From an uncultured bacterium (GTDB lineage Bacteria > Cyanobacteriota > Vampirovibrionia > Gastranaerophilales > Gastranaerophilaceae): DNA of 64,000 nt. A program made the translations under genes and the position numbers. Shown piece by piece: positions 48,565 through 55,609 of this stretch (the first letter of the stretch is position 1; each line of letters starts with the position of its first letter). The stretch lies in NCBI GenBank assembly GCA_949290355.1, contig CASERN010000011.1, forward strand, positions 669,865-733,864, in the 5' to 3' direction. The notes below the pieces were generated by a model, which made no database searches, was not told the DNA's origin, and worked only from the letters and a program-made list of their open reading frames with translations.

Positions 48565-50282
48565 ATAATATTGATAAGTTTTTGTGTTGCTTCCTCTGGT
48601 GTATATTTTTCTTGTTCTCCTGTTTCTCGGACTTTGTATTCAACGAATCCTTCATTAATTGTTTTCCCAACTGTTACTCTGTATGGGAAGCCTATCAAGT
48701 CAGCATCTTTGAATTTTACACCAGCTCTTTCATCTCTATCGTCAAGAACAACTTCTACTCCTGCTAATTTTAAAGCTTCATACATTTCATTTGCTACTTT
48801 CATTTGTAATTCATCTTTAATATTTACAGGTACTATTACAACATGGTATGGTGCAATAGCAATTGGCCATTTGATTCCGTGTTCGTCATAATGAGCTTCT
48901 ACAGCAGCTGCTGCAGTTCTTGAAATTCCTATTCCGTAGCAACCCATTACATAAGGATGAGTTTTCCCATTTATATCTGTATATACAGCATTCATTGGTT
49001 TTGAATATTTAGTTCCAAGTTTGAAAATATTTCCGACTTCAATACCTTTTGTTACAAATAAAGGTTTCCCGCATTGAGGGCAATATTCCCCTTGCTGTAC
49101 AAGTCTAATATCTGCATATTCTAATTCTGTTTCTAAATCGCATAAGTTAGCTCCAACTATATGTTTATCGGTAATATTTATACCTACAACAAAGTTTTTC
49201 ATATTACGGACAGTTTCATCTGCAATTATTGTAATATTTTTCATTCCCTTTGGCCCGATAAATCCCGGAACTGCATCAAAACCATTTTCTTCCATAAGTT
49301 CAGCGATTTCTGCAGAAGATGCAATTCTTACGTCTATACCACCAACAGCATTCATCAATTTTGTTTCTTCTACGGCTTTGTCTGCTCTAATTAATGCAAT
49401 TACAGGTTTTTTATCAATAATATATACAAGTGATTTTAAAATTAGTGTATCCGGAATATTTAAGAATTTACTTAATTCTTCGATAGAATGAGTGTTTGGA
49501 GTATCAATTACTTTTGTTTCTTTGAAGTAATCTTTTCCATCAACTACAGCATCAGGCAAGTTAGATATTGCATGGTTTGAATTTGCAGAATAATCGCAAT
49601 GATTGCAGTAGAATACGTCATTTTCTCCTGCATCAGTATCGGTTATAACCATAAATTCATGTGATACGCTTCCGCCAATTGCACCTGAATCAGATTGGAC
49701 CATCTTTGTATCAAGTCCACATCTTTCAAATATTTTTTTATAAGCTTTAGCCATATTTTGATATTCTTTATCAAGTCCGGCTTCATCAATATCAAAACTG
49801 TATGCATCTTTCATTATAAATTCACGGCCTCTTAAAAGTCCGTATCTTGGTCTTATTTCATCTCTGAATTTAGATTGAATTTGATATAGATTAACTGGTA
49901 ATTGTTTATATGACTTTAATGCATCACGTGCAACTGATGTAATGATTTCTTCGTGAGTAGGGCCAAGACACATATCTCTGTCATGGCGGTCTTTAAGACG
50001 CATTAATTCGCGGCCGTATACTTCCCATCTGCCTGATTCTTCCCATAATTCTTTAGGTTGAACGAAAGGCATTAAAAGTTCTTGTGCGCCTGCATTATCC
50101 ATTTCTTCTCTAACGATATTTTCTATTTTTTTCAAAACTCTCCACATCAAAGGCATATAAGTGTATACCCCTGGAGCAAGTTTTTTTATAAACCCTGCTC
50201 TACCAAGCATTTTGTGAGATATAACTTCAGCGTCAGAAGGATATTCTCTTAGGGTTTGTACAAACATTTTTGACATTTTCAT
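48549..50282 (-). CDS. proS: Proline--tRNA ligase (bacterial type with editing insertion)
   Basis: MKMSKMFVQTLREYP, class II motifs (FRDEIRPRYGLLRGREF, GCYGIGISR) and a central INS domain. It is 577 aa. Confidence 0.95.
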   Translation of the reverse strand: MKMSKMFVQTLREYPSDAEVISHKMLGRAGFIKKLAPGVYTYMPLMWRVLKKIENIVREEMDNAGAQELLMPFVQPKELWEESGRWEVYGRELMRLKDRHDRDMCLGPTHEEIITSVARDALKSYKQLPVNLYQIQSKFRDEIRPRYGLLRGREFIMKDAYSFDIDEAGLDKEYQNMAKAYKKIFERCGLDTKMVQSDSGAIGGSVSHEFMVITDTDAGENDVFYCNHCDYSANSNHAISNLPDAVVDGKDYFKETKVIDTPNTHSIEELSKFLNIPDTLILKSLVYIIDKKPVIALIRADKAVEETKLMNAVGGIDVRIASSAEIAELMEENGFDAVPGFIGPKGMKNITIIADETVRNMKNFVVGINITDKHIVGANLCDLETELEYADIRLVQQGEYCPQCGKPLFVTKGIEVGNIFKLGTKYSKPMNAVYTDINGKTHPYVMGCYGIGISRTAAAAVEAHYDEHGIKWPIAIAPYHVVIVPVNIKDELQMKVANEMYEALKLAGVEVVLDDRDERAGVKFKDADLIGFPYRVTVGKTINEGFVEYKVRETGEQEKYTPEEATQKLINIIKAVK

Positions 50283-50401
50283 AAAACTAATTCCTCATAT
50301 AATATTTTATATTAATGATTTTATCATAAAAAAAACATATTGAAATTTAATTGAAAATAAGTTATAATATTTTTGTTATATAAGAATACGAGGAGCAAAT
50401 T

Positions 50402-50449
50402 ATGAAAAAAATGTTAACGAATATGCCTTTCGGGGGGGGGGCGATTTAA
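50402..50449 (+). CDS. Candidate 15-codon upstream ORF (MKKMLTNMPFGGGAI) traversing the G10 tract
   Basis: SD AGGAG lies 7 nt upstream of the ATG. A same-length ORF with the same SD and the same FGGGAI* ending occurs at the second pilin locus. Coding status is unproven. Confidence 0.3.
   Translation: MKKMLTNMPFGGGAI
50432..50441 (+). repeat. G10 homopolymeric tract (candidate hypermutable simple sequence repeat)
   Basis: Ten consecutive G in an AT-rich window where every other G or C run I saw is 5 or shorter. The twin tract is at 55503-55512. Confidence 0.9.
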
Positions 50450-50474
50450 GGCTTTCTACAAAGGTTTTCGGGGG

Positions 50475-50502
50475 TTGCAAAAGTAAAAAAATCTGTTATA
50501 AT
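50475..50502 (+). promoter_or_regulatory. Sigma-70-type promoter with extended -10 for prepilin-like gene 1
   Basis: TTGCAA, a 16-nt spacer, then TGT-TATAAT (TGn extended -10). It is identical in copy 2. Confidence 0.6.
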
Positions 50503-50538
50503 AGTAATGTATGTCATCACAATTATAGCGGAGAGTTT

Positions 50539-51249
50539 ATGAAAAGATTATTCGGATTTACGTTAGCAGAGGTATTGATTACACTTGGAATTATTGGAGT
50601 TGTGGCTGCAATGACTATTCCTACATTAGTTGCAAATTATCAAAAGCAGGTTTGGGTTACTCAATTAAAAAAAGATGCAAACTTTATTTCGAATAGCATT
50701 AAAAAAGTATTAGCTGATGAAGAAGTTGATTCTCTTTGTAATGCATCTATTGGCGGCTGTAGCAGCAACTATATCAATATTGATGTTCCGAATATAAATC
50801 GTCCATATATTTTAGGTGAAAAATTTGGAAAGTATTTTGATCTGTCACCTGTAGAGCATGGAACTTTATTTTATGAAGCAATGGAGAACGAAATACCTAG
50901 TGCAGGTAGTGATGTTTCAGATTGGATAAAAGCTTTTTATTTAAAAGATGGCTCTTGCATAGCTACTGCTACAACTTATTCTACAACAGGTACAGCAGGT
51001 GCAACTGCTGCGTTAGGCTTTTTCGTTGATGTTAACTGTGATAAAGGCCCTAATAAGTGGGGACGTGATAGATTTTTAATAAACTATGATGCAAGAGGAA
51101 ATATTCCTGGATCAGGTTTCTCTGATGAAGAAATGAATTTGATTAAATCTATATGTTATTCAGGTGATGATATTATGGAGCAAGCCGGATTTTTGGCGGG
51201 ATTTTGTTCTCTTGATATTATTAGAAATGGTTGGCAGATGAAGTATTAG
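50539..51249 (+). CDS. Prepilin-type N-terminal cleavage/methylation domain protein (type IV pilin / T2SS pseudopilin-like)
   Basis: Class III signal peptide MKRLFG|FTLAEVLITLGIIGVVAAMTIP with Glu5. The motif FFVDVNCDKGPNKWGRDRF is shared with the second gene. SD is GGAGAG. Confidence 0.85.
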   Translation: MKRLFGFTLAEVLITLGIIGVVAAMTIPTLVANYQKQVWVTQLKKDANFISNSIKKVLADEEVDSLCNASIGGCSSNYINIDVPNINRPYILGEKFGKYFDLSPVEHGTLFYEAMENEIPSAGSDVSDWIKAFYLKDGSCIATATTYSTTGTAGATAALGFFVDVNCDKGPNKWGRDRFLINYDARGNIPGSGFSDEEMNLIKSICYSGDDIMEQAGFLAGFCSLDIIRNGWQMKY

Positions 51250-52172
51250 TTTATAAACTTGTCCAATTCTTTTTTTATTAATTTGGGCGGAATTGTTAAT
51301 GTATTATTATTTTTTAATGCATTATTCATACATTTAACATACTCATCATTTGCTTTTCTTAATTTTTGAATTTGGGCAAGTATGTAATAAGAATCTCCAT
51401 TTGCACCACAATTATCAATAGATTCTTCCATAATCATTGCAGCATTGTCATAGTGATGTTGTTTTGCCATTATTTTGGCATATATTCTATATGCATCAAT
51501 ATCTTTTGGGTTTAATTCAAGAGTTTTTCGCAGATTTTGGATAGCTGAACTTAAATTTCCTTCATCAAAATCTATTGATGCAAGATTATAATATGCCCAG
51601 CTGTAATCGGGTGATAGTTCAAGTACTTTTTTGAATTTATCTTTTGCACCAGCATTATCGCCTTGTTCTTTTAAAATATTTCCAATGTAAAAATGAGCAT
51701 ATATATCTTCATCATTAAGATCTATTGTTCTTTGAAAATAGTATTTTGCTCCGTCCAGTTTACCTTCTTTAAAATAACAAAGTCCTATTGAAAAATAGGC
51801 ATTTGAATCATTATTATCTTTTGCTAATACATTTTCAAAACAGTCTATAGCAGTTTCGAACTTTTTTTTATCAAGACATACAAGACCTAAATTGTAAAAA
51901 GCATCTGTTTCATTTGGAGATATCTCAATAGATTTTCTATATGCTTCTTCTGCTTTGTCTAAATCTTTTAGTTTTTCGTAAGTAATTCCAAGATTGTAAA
52001 AAATTCCACTGTCATCTGTAAAAATTTTTGATAAATATATAAAATGCTGTTTTGCTTCCTCTGGATATCCACAATCAAGCAATAATACAGCCAGTTCTCT
52101 GCGAGCTTGAAAATTTGTTGCATCTTCTTTTAAAAGATTTTGTAATTCTTCTATTTTATCAATTTTAGACAT
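51246..52172 (-). CDS. TPR-repeat protein
   Basis: It has about eight TPR units, for example AEEAYRKSIEISPNETDAFYNLGLVC. Confidence 0.7.
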   Translation of the reverse strand: MSKIDKIEELQNLLKEDATNFQARRELAVLLLDCGYPEEAKQHFIYLSKIFTDDSGIFYNLGITYEKLKDLDKAEEAYRKSIEISPNETDAFYNLGLVCLDKKKFETAIDCFENVLAKDNNDSNAYFSIGLCYFKEGKLDGAKYYFQRTIDLNDEDIYAHFYIGNILKEQGDNAGAKDKFKKVLELSPDYSWAYYNLASIDFDEGNLSSAIQNLRKTLELNPKDIDAYRIYAKIMAKQHHYDNAAMIMEESIDNCGANGDSYYILAQIQKLRKANDEYVKCMNNALKNNNTLTIPPKLIKKELDKFIN

Positions 52173-52279
52173 ATTAAAATTGTACTAATTTTTATTAATT
52201 CGAGCAACTTCTTAATATTTTGCTATTGCTTTTTTTTATAAATTTGCTAAAATGGATTGAAAAATAAGGAGAGTATATT

Positions 52280-52954
52280 ATGAGATTTTTAGCTATAATT
52301 TTTTCGATTTTACTTTTTGCTCAAACAGCAATATCTGCACCATTTAGTGCAAATGCTAAAACAAAAAGAATCCCTGCAGGAACAAAGTTTTCTCTAAAAC
52401 TTATGAATCCAGTATCTACAATGACAAATTCTGCAGGCTCAGAATTTACTGCAATATTGATGACAGATGAGACTGCTGATTCTGATGTTATACTGCCTAT
52501 GGGTTCATTAGTGAGAGGTACTATTAAAAAAATAGAACCTGCAAAACGTATGTCCAAGGGTGCAATTTTATATCTTGATTTTGATCATGTTGTTACTCCA
52601 AATGGGAGACAGTTACCATTAACTTTTTCTGTAATAGGTAGAAGTGATTTGACATATGACGGCGGAATTACATCTTCAAGAGGTTATAAAGACGCTTTGA
52701 AAGAAAATTGGGAAGTAACAAAAGATATTACAAGTTCTGCTACAGAATGGGGCGGAGATGTATTTGATGATGTGATTGTGGCTGATCAATTGATGACAGG
52801 AATTTGTGCTGTAGGTGGCGCAATTGGAGGCGGTGCTTATTATATATATGATGGTATTGCTGATATGATAAGAAAAGGAAAAGATGTTAATTTAAGACAA
52901 GGTGAAGTCTTAAATGTTATTCTTGTTGACCCTGTGGATGTTCCTGTAATTTAG
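52280..52954 (+). CDS. Secreted protein with TrbI/VirB10-like beta-barrel pattern and C-terminal Gly-rich hydrophobic segment
   Basis: Signal peptide ILLFAQTAISA. IPAGTKFSLKLMNPVST...AILMTDE...VILPMGSLVRGTI...VVTPNGRQLPL resembles the VirB10/TrbI C-terminal domain pattern. This is a call by eye only. Confidence 0.45.
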   Translation: MRFLAIIFSILLFAQTAISAPFSANAKTKRIPAGTKFSLKLMNPVSTMTNSAGSEFTAILMTDETADSDVILPMGSLVRGTIKKIEPAKRMSKGAILYLDFDHVVTPNGRQLPLTFSVIGRSDLTYDGGITSSRGYKDALKENWEVTKDITSSATEWGGDVFDDVIVADQLMTGICAVGGAIGGGAYYIYDGIADMIRKGKDVNLRQGEVLNVILVDPVDVPVI

Positions 52955-52983
52955 GAAGCTTTTATATTTTTTATAATTAATTT

Positions 52984-53014
52984 GTAGGATAAGTCTTTAA
53001 TATACTTATCCTAC
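52984..53014. terminator. Bidirectional terminator between convergent genes
   Basis: Perfect 11-bp stem GTAGGATAAGT/ACTTATCCTAC with a 9-nt loop. The 3' arm overlaps the cyclase stop codon. Confidence 0.6.
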
Positions 53015-54772
53015 TTGATTTCTCCCATTATTTTTAGCATTATATAATTTTTTATCAGCAGCTTCAATAAGTTCAGATGCATTTTCTCCATCATAAGGAA
53101 ATGTAGCTACTCCTAAGCTGATTGTTACATTAGATTCTTTATCATTAGTAAGTTTAAATTTTTTTGCGGCAACTTTTTCACAAATTTTCTTAGCTGTTGA
53201 CATTGCTTCTTCTTTATCTGTGTTTGCTAGAATAATACTCATTTCCTCTCCGCCGTATCTGCATACAATATCTGTAGATCTGACATTCTTTTTTAATGTT
53301 TGCGCTACTTGACGCAATACGGCATCTCCTGATTGATGACCGAATTTGTCATTAAACTTTTTAAAGAAATCTATATCAATAATAATAAGTGAAAAGTTGG
53401 TATCGTATCTTCTGCATTGTTCAATTTGCATTCTTAGGTGTTCTTGGAAATATCTGTGGTTGTATAATTCTGTTAGTCCATCAGTTGTTGCAAGTTTGTA
53501 TTGCTGCTCAAAATCTCTTGATTTTAAAATATATTTTATTATATATGCACAGGTAAAAGCTAGAATAGAGAATATCAAAGGATATGTAACATTAAGCCAA
53601 AGATTTTCAAATTTCATTGCATAATATGAAATAAATAAGTATATTATGTATGTTGAACATGACACTAATGATGCGGTAAATGCGGAACTTACTCTTGTTA
53701 CAACGGAGCCAATCAGTAGTGCTAATAATATACTTAGTGTAATTGTGTATTTTTTATTTACTTTTTTAATAAAGTTGTTATCTATCATGTTATTAATATA
53801 AGTAGCTTGTATTTCTACTCCAGGATAAATTTTGCCTGTTGGAACGGTTTTTATATCAAATAAGCTTGAAGCTGTTGTTCCAAAGTATATTATTTTATTA
53901 GAAAAATCATAATTAAGATCTGTTTGTTCTCCATTAACGATTTTTATGAGTTTATAAATCGGAATATATGTATAAGTACCTGCAGGCCCGTACCAATTTA
54001 ATATAGCACTGCCATCGTTATCCAAATATATTTTTTTATCTCCGAATATAAAGTTAGAATTTTTATCAATTGCAAAAGAAGAAGTATTTTCTCCCAAATA
54101 ATCTACTCCAATTTTGAATGCAAGTTGTGGGTAAAATTCTCCATTATATTTTACGACAACTGGCATTTTCCTTAGTATTCCGTCATCTGAACGAGAAACG
54201 TTTATTATTCCTATGTTTGATGTTGCATCAATAATTCCTTGCAATATCGTTCTACAATTTTTGAACGACAGTTTATCAAATTTTATTTGAGAAGAATTAT
54301 CAATTTCTACCGTAAGTTTGTGGGGTAATTTAGGGGGCATTCTCAAATCTTCTGATTGATTATCAAAATTCATTGCGGTGTATAAATTTTTATATTTTTT
54401 GAAAGAATTAATTAATGCTTCATCGGCTTTGTTTTTACTTTTGAGTGATTTTACAAACATCATATCAAAAGCTATTGATCTTGGATTTTGTTTTTCAAGG
54501 TAATTGATAATACTAGCATAAATATCTCTTGAAAGAGGCCATTCTCCATAATTATCCAATATGTATTCATAAGAAGCATCATCTACAGCTATAATAACTA
54601 TGTCTTTATTCGCTTGTTTTGCTCCTTCTGATATTAATATATTTTGCCTTAAATCAAATGTCCTATTTTCAACAGAATCAATGAAAGCTATTAAATTAGC
54701 ATTCTTAAATATTAAAAACGTAAAAATCGCAAAGAATAACAATCCCAATGCGTATAATATTCTTTTTAACAT
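53006..54772 (-). CDS. Diguanylate cyclase with periplasmic CHASE2 sensor domain
   Basis: The layout is N-terminal TM, about 300 aa extracytoplasmic region, three TM helices, then a GGDEF domain. The active site is RYGGEEM and the I-site RSTD lies five residues upstream. Confidence 0.85.
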   Translation of the reverse strand: MLKRILYALGLLFFAIFTFLIFKNANLIAFIDSVENRTFDLRQNILISEGAKQANKDIVIIAVDDASYEYILDNYGEWPLSRDIYASIINYLEKQNPRSIAFDMMFVKSLKSKNKADEALINSFKKYKNLYTAMNFDNQSEDLRMPPKLPHKLTVEIDNSSQIKFDKLSFKNCRTILQGIIDATSNIGIINVSRSDDGILRKMPVVVKYNGEFYPQLAFKIGVDYLGENTSSFAIDKNSNFIFGDKKIYLDNDGSAILNWYGPAGTYTYIPIYKLIKIVNGEQTDLNYDFSNKIIYFGTTASSLFDIKTVPTGKIYPGVEIQATYINNMIDNNFIKKVNKKYTITLSILLALLIGSVVTRVSSAFTASLVSCSTYIIYLFISYYAMKFENLWLNVTYPLIFSILAFTCAYIIKYILKSRDFEQQYKLATTDGLTELYNHRYFQEHLRMQIEQCRRYDTNFSLIIIDIDFFKKFNDKFGHQSGDAVLRQVAQTLKKNVRSTDIVCRYGGEEMSIILANTDKEEAMSTAKKICEKVAAKKFKLTNDKESNVTISLGVATFPYDGENASELIEAADKKLYNAKNNGRNQVG

Positions 54773-54800
54773 AAGCCTCTAATCTTCTTAAATTATTCAA

Positions 54801-54968
54801 TTATTTTATTATATCAGTATAATTGAATGTTGAAGATTTGGCAACAAAATTTTTTAGGATAAATTGTTTTTCAAGGATAAAGTTATTTAGTTTTAATACT
54901 TCAGTTGAATATGATAATTCATCAGGGTTTTGTAAATATCTTAGTAGGCATTGCTCGTGCAGATTCAT
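54801..54968 (-). CDS. Possible 55-aa protein upstream of the cyclase gene
   Basis: An ATG-initiated ORF (MNLHEQCLLRYLQNPDELSY...) with SD AAGGTG. It falls below the ORF-track length cutoff. I recognise no homology. Confidence 0.25.
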   Translation of the reverse strand: MNLHEQCLLRYLQNPDELSYSTEVLKLNNFILEKQFILKNFVAKSSTFNYTDIIK

Positions 54969-55159
54969 ATAATTTAATCACCTTTTAAACTAATTTCGTA
55001 TAACTTTCTCATTATTGCAAATTTAATAAAAATTAACATCAGACAAATGCATGAGATTTAAAAAGCTATTGCACTTTTTTATTTCTGTAGTACTATTATA
55101 TCAGTAGAACTAAATTTATAATCAAGTTTGGAATCTTGAGAAAAAGAAAGAGGTAAAAA

Positions 55160-55363
55160 ATGAAACAAGGAATACATCCGGATTATAAAAAAACTGTAAT
55201 CAAATGTGTATGCGGTAATGAGATTGAAACTGGTTCAATAAATGATAATATCACTGTTGAAATTTGTAACAATTGTCATCCATTTTACACAGGTCAACAA
55301 AAAATCTTAGACTCAGAAGGTCGTGTTGAAAGATTTAATAAACGTTACGGTAAAAAAGCGTAG
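55160..55363 (+). CDS. rpmE: 50S ribosomal protein L31 (zinc-ribbon form)
   Basis: [11 protein letters not shown]...CVCG...[15 protein letters not shown] is AAGAGG. Confidence 0.95.
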   Translation: MKQGIHPDYKKTVIKCVCGNEIETGSINDNITVEICNNCHPFYTGQQKILDSEGRVERFNKRYGKKA

Positions 55364-55386
55364 TTTTTTTCTGCAGATAAGATAAT

Positions 55387-55422
55387 AAAAAAACAAGAGA
55401 ATTTTACTTCTCTTGTTTTTTT
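55387..55422 (+). terminator. Rho-independent terminator after rpmE
   Basis: AAAAAAACAAGAGA, an 8-nt loop, then TCTCTTGTTTTTTT. Confidence 0.8.
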
Positions 55423-55472
55423 ATGGTAAATCGTTTATAATAATCAATATATAAATGAAAGGAGCAAGATTT

Positions 55473-55520
55473 ATGAAAAGATTTGACTTATTGCAGGATT
55501 TCGGGGGGGGGGCGATTTAA
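55473..55520 (+). CDS. Candidate 15-codon upstream ORF (MKRFDLLQDFGGGAI) traversing the G10 tract
   Basis: SD AGGAG. The length and the 30-nt ATG-to-tract spacing match copy 1, although codons 3-9 differ. Confidence 0.3.
   Translation: MKRFDLLQDFGGGAI
55503..55512 (+). repeat. G10 homopolymeric tract, copy 2
   Basis: Ten consecutive G at the position homologous to 50432-50441. Confidence 0.9.
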
Positions 55521-55545
55521 GGCTTTCCACAAAGGTTTTAGGGGG

Positions 55546-55573
55546 TTGCAAAAGTAAAAAAATCTGTTATAAT
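55546..55573 (+). promoter_or_regulatory. Sigma-70-type promoter with extended -10 for prepilin-like gene 2
   Basis: TTGCAA, a 16-nt spacer, then TGT-TATAAT. Confidence 0.6.
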
Positions 55574-55609
55574 GGTAATGTATGTCATCACAATTATAGC
55601 GGAGAGTTT

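Larger units (their letters stand above)
50428..50538 (+). promoter_or_regulatory. Conserved 111-nt prepilin-gene leader, copy 1
   Basis: 108/111 identical to 55499-55609. It contains the G10 tract, a G5 run, the promoter and SD GGAGAG. Confidence 0.8.
55499..55609 (+). promoter_or_regulatory. Conserved 111-nt prepilin-gene leader, copy 2
   Basis: 108/111 identical to 50428-50538. The differences fall at positions equivalent to 50457, 50469 and 50503. Confidence 0.8.

Noticed and set aside
48433-48891. A 152-aa plus-strand ORF, along with many other 60-144-aa ORFs in the track (for example 2018-2329, 2867-3301, 20820-21203, 35952-36296 and 53346-53624).
   Set aside because: They lie antisense to or inside confidently identified genes such as proS, oadA/B, smc, the phosphohexomutase and the cyclase. 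They have low-complexity, Phe/Ile/Ser-rich translations typical of the opposite strand of AT-rich coding DNA, and they lack SD sequences.
50283-50401. A T-box leader upstream of proS.
   Set aside because: Only about 120 nt of very AT-rich sequence is available. I see no specifier-loop or T-box (AGGGUGGNACC-like) motif.
50440-50449. A sigma-28 (FliA) -10 box resembling GCCGATAA at GGCGATTTAA in the leader.
   Set aside because: There is no conserved TAAA -35 element at the required 15-nt spacing in either copy, and the upstream sequence differs between copies.
50462-50481. A sigma-54 promoter (TGGCAC-N5-TTGCA) in the conserved pilin leader, since many type IV pilin genes are sigma-54 dependent and the leader contains GG...TTGCA.
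   Set aside because: The GG and GC dinucleotides are 14 nt apart rather than the strict 12, and the remaining -24 box bases do not match. A TTGCAA-N16-TGnTATAAT sigma-70 promoter fits far better.
50428-50538. A c-di-GMP or other known riboswitch in the pilin leader.
   Set aside because: I cannot find the conserved GEMM-type motifs or any convincing paired helices. The G10 and G5 runs have no complementary C runs. The only stems are short AT pairings such as TATAAT/ATTATA.
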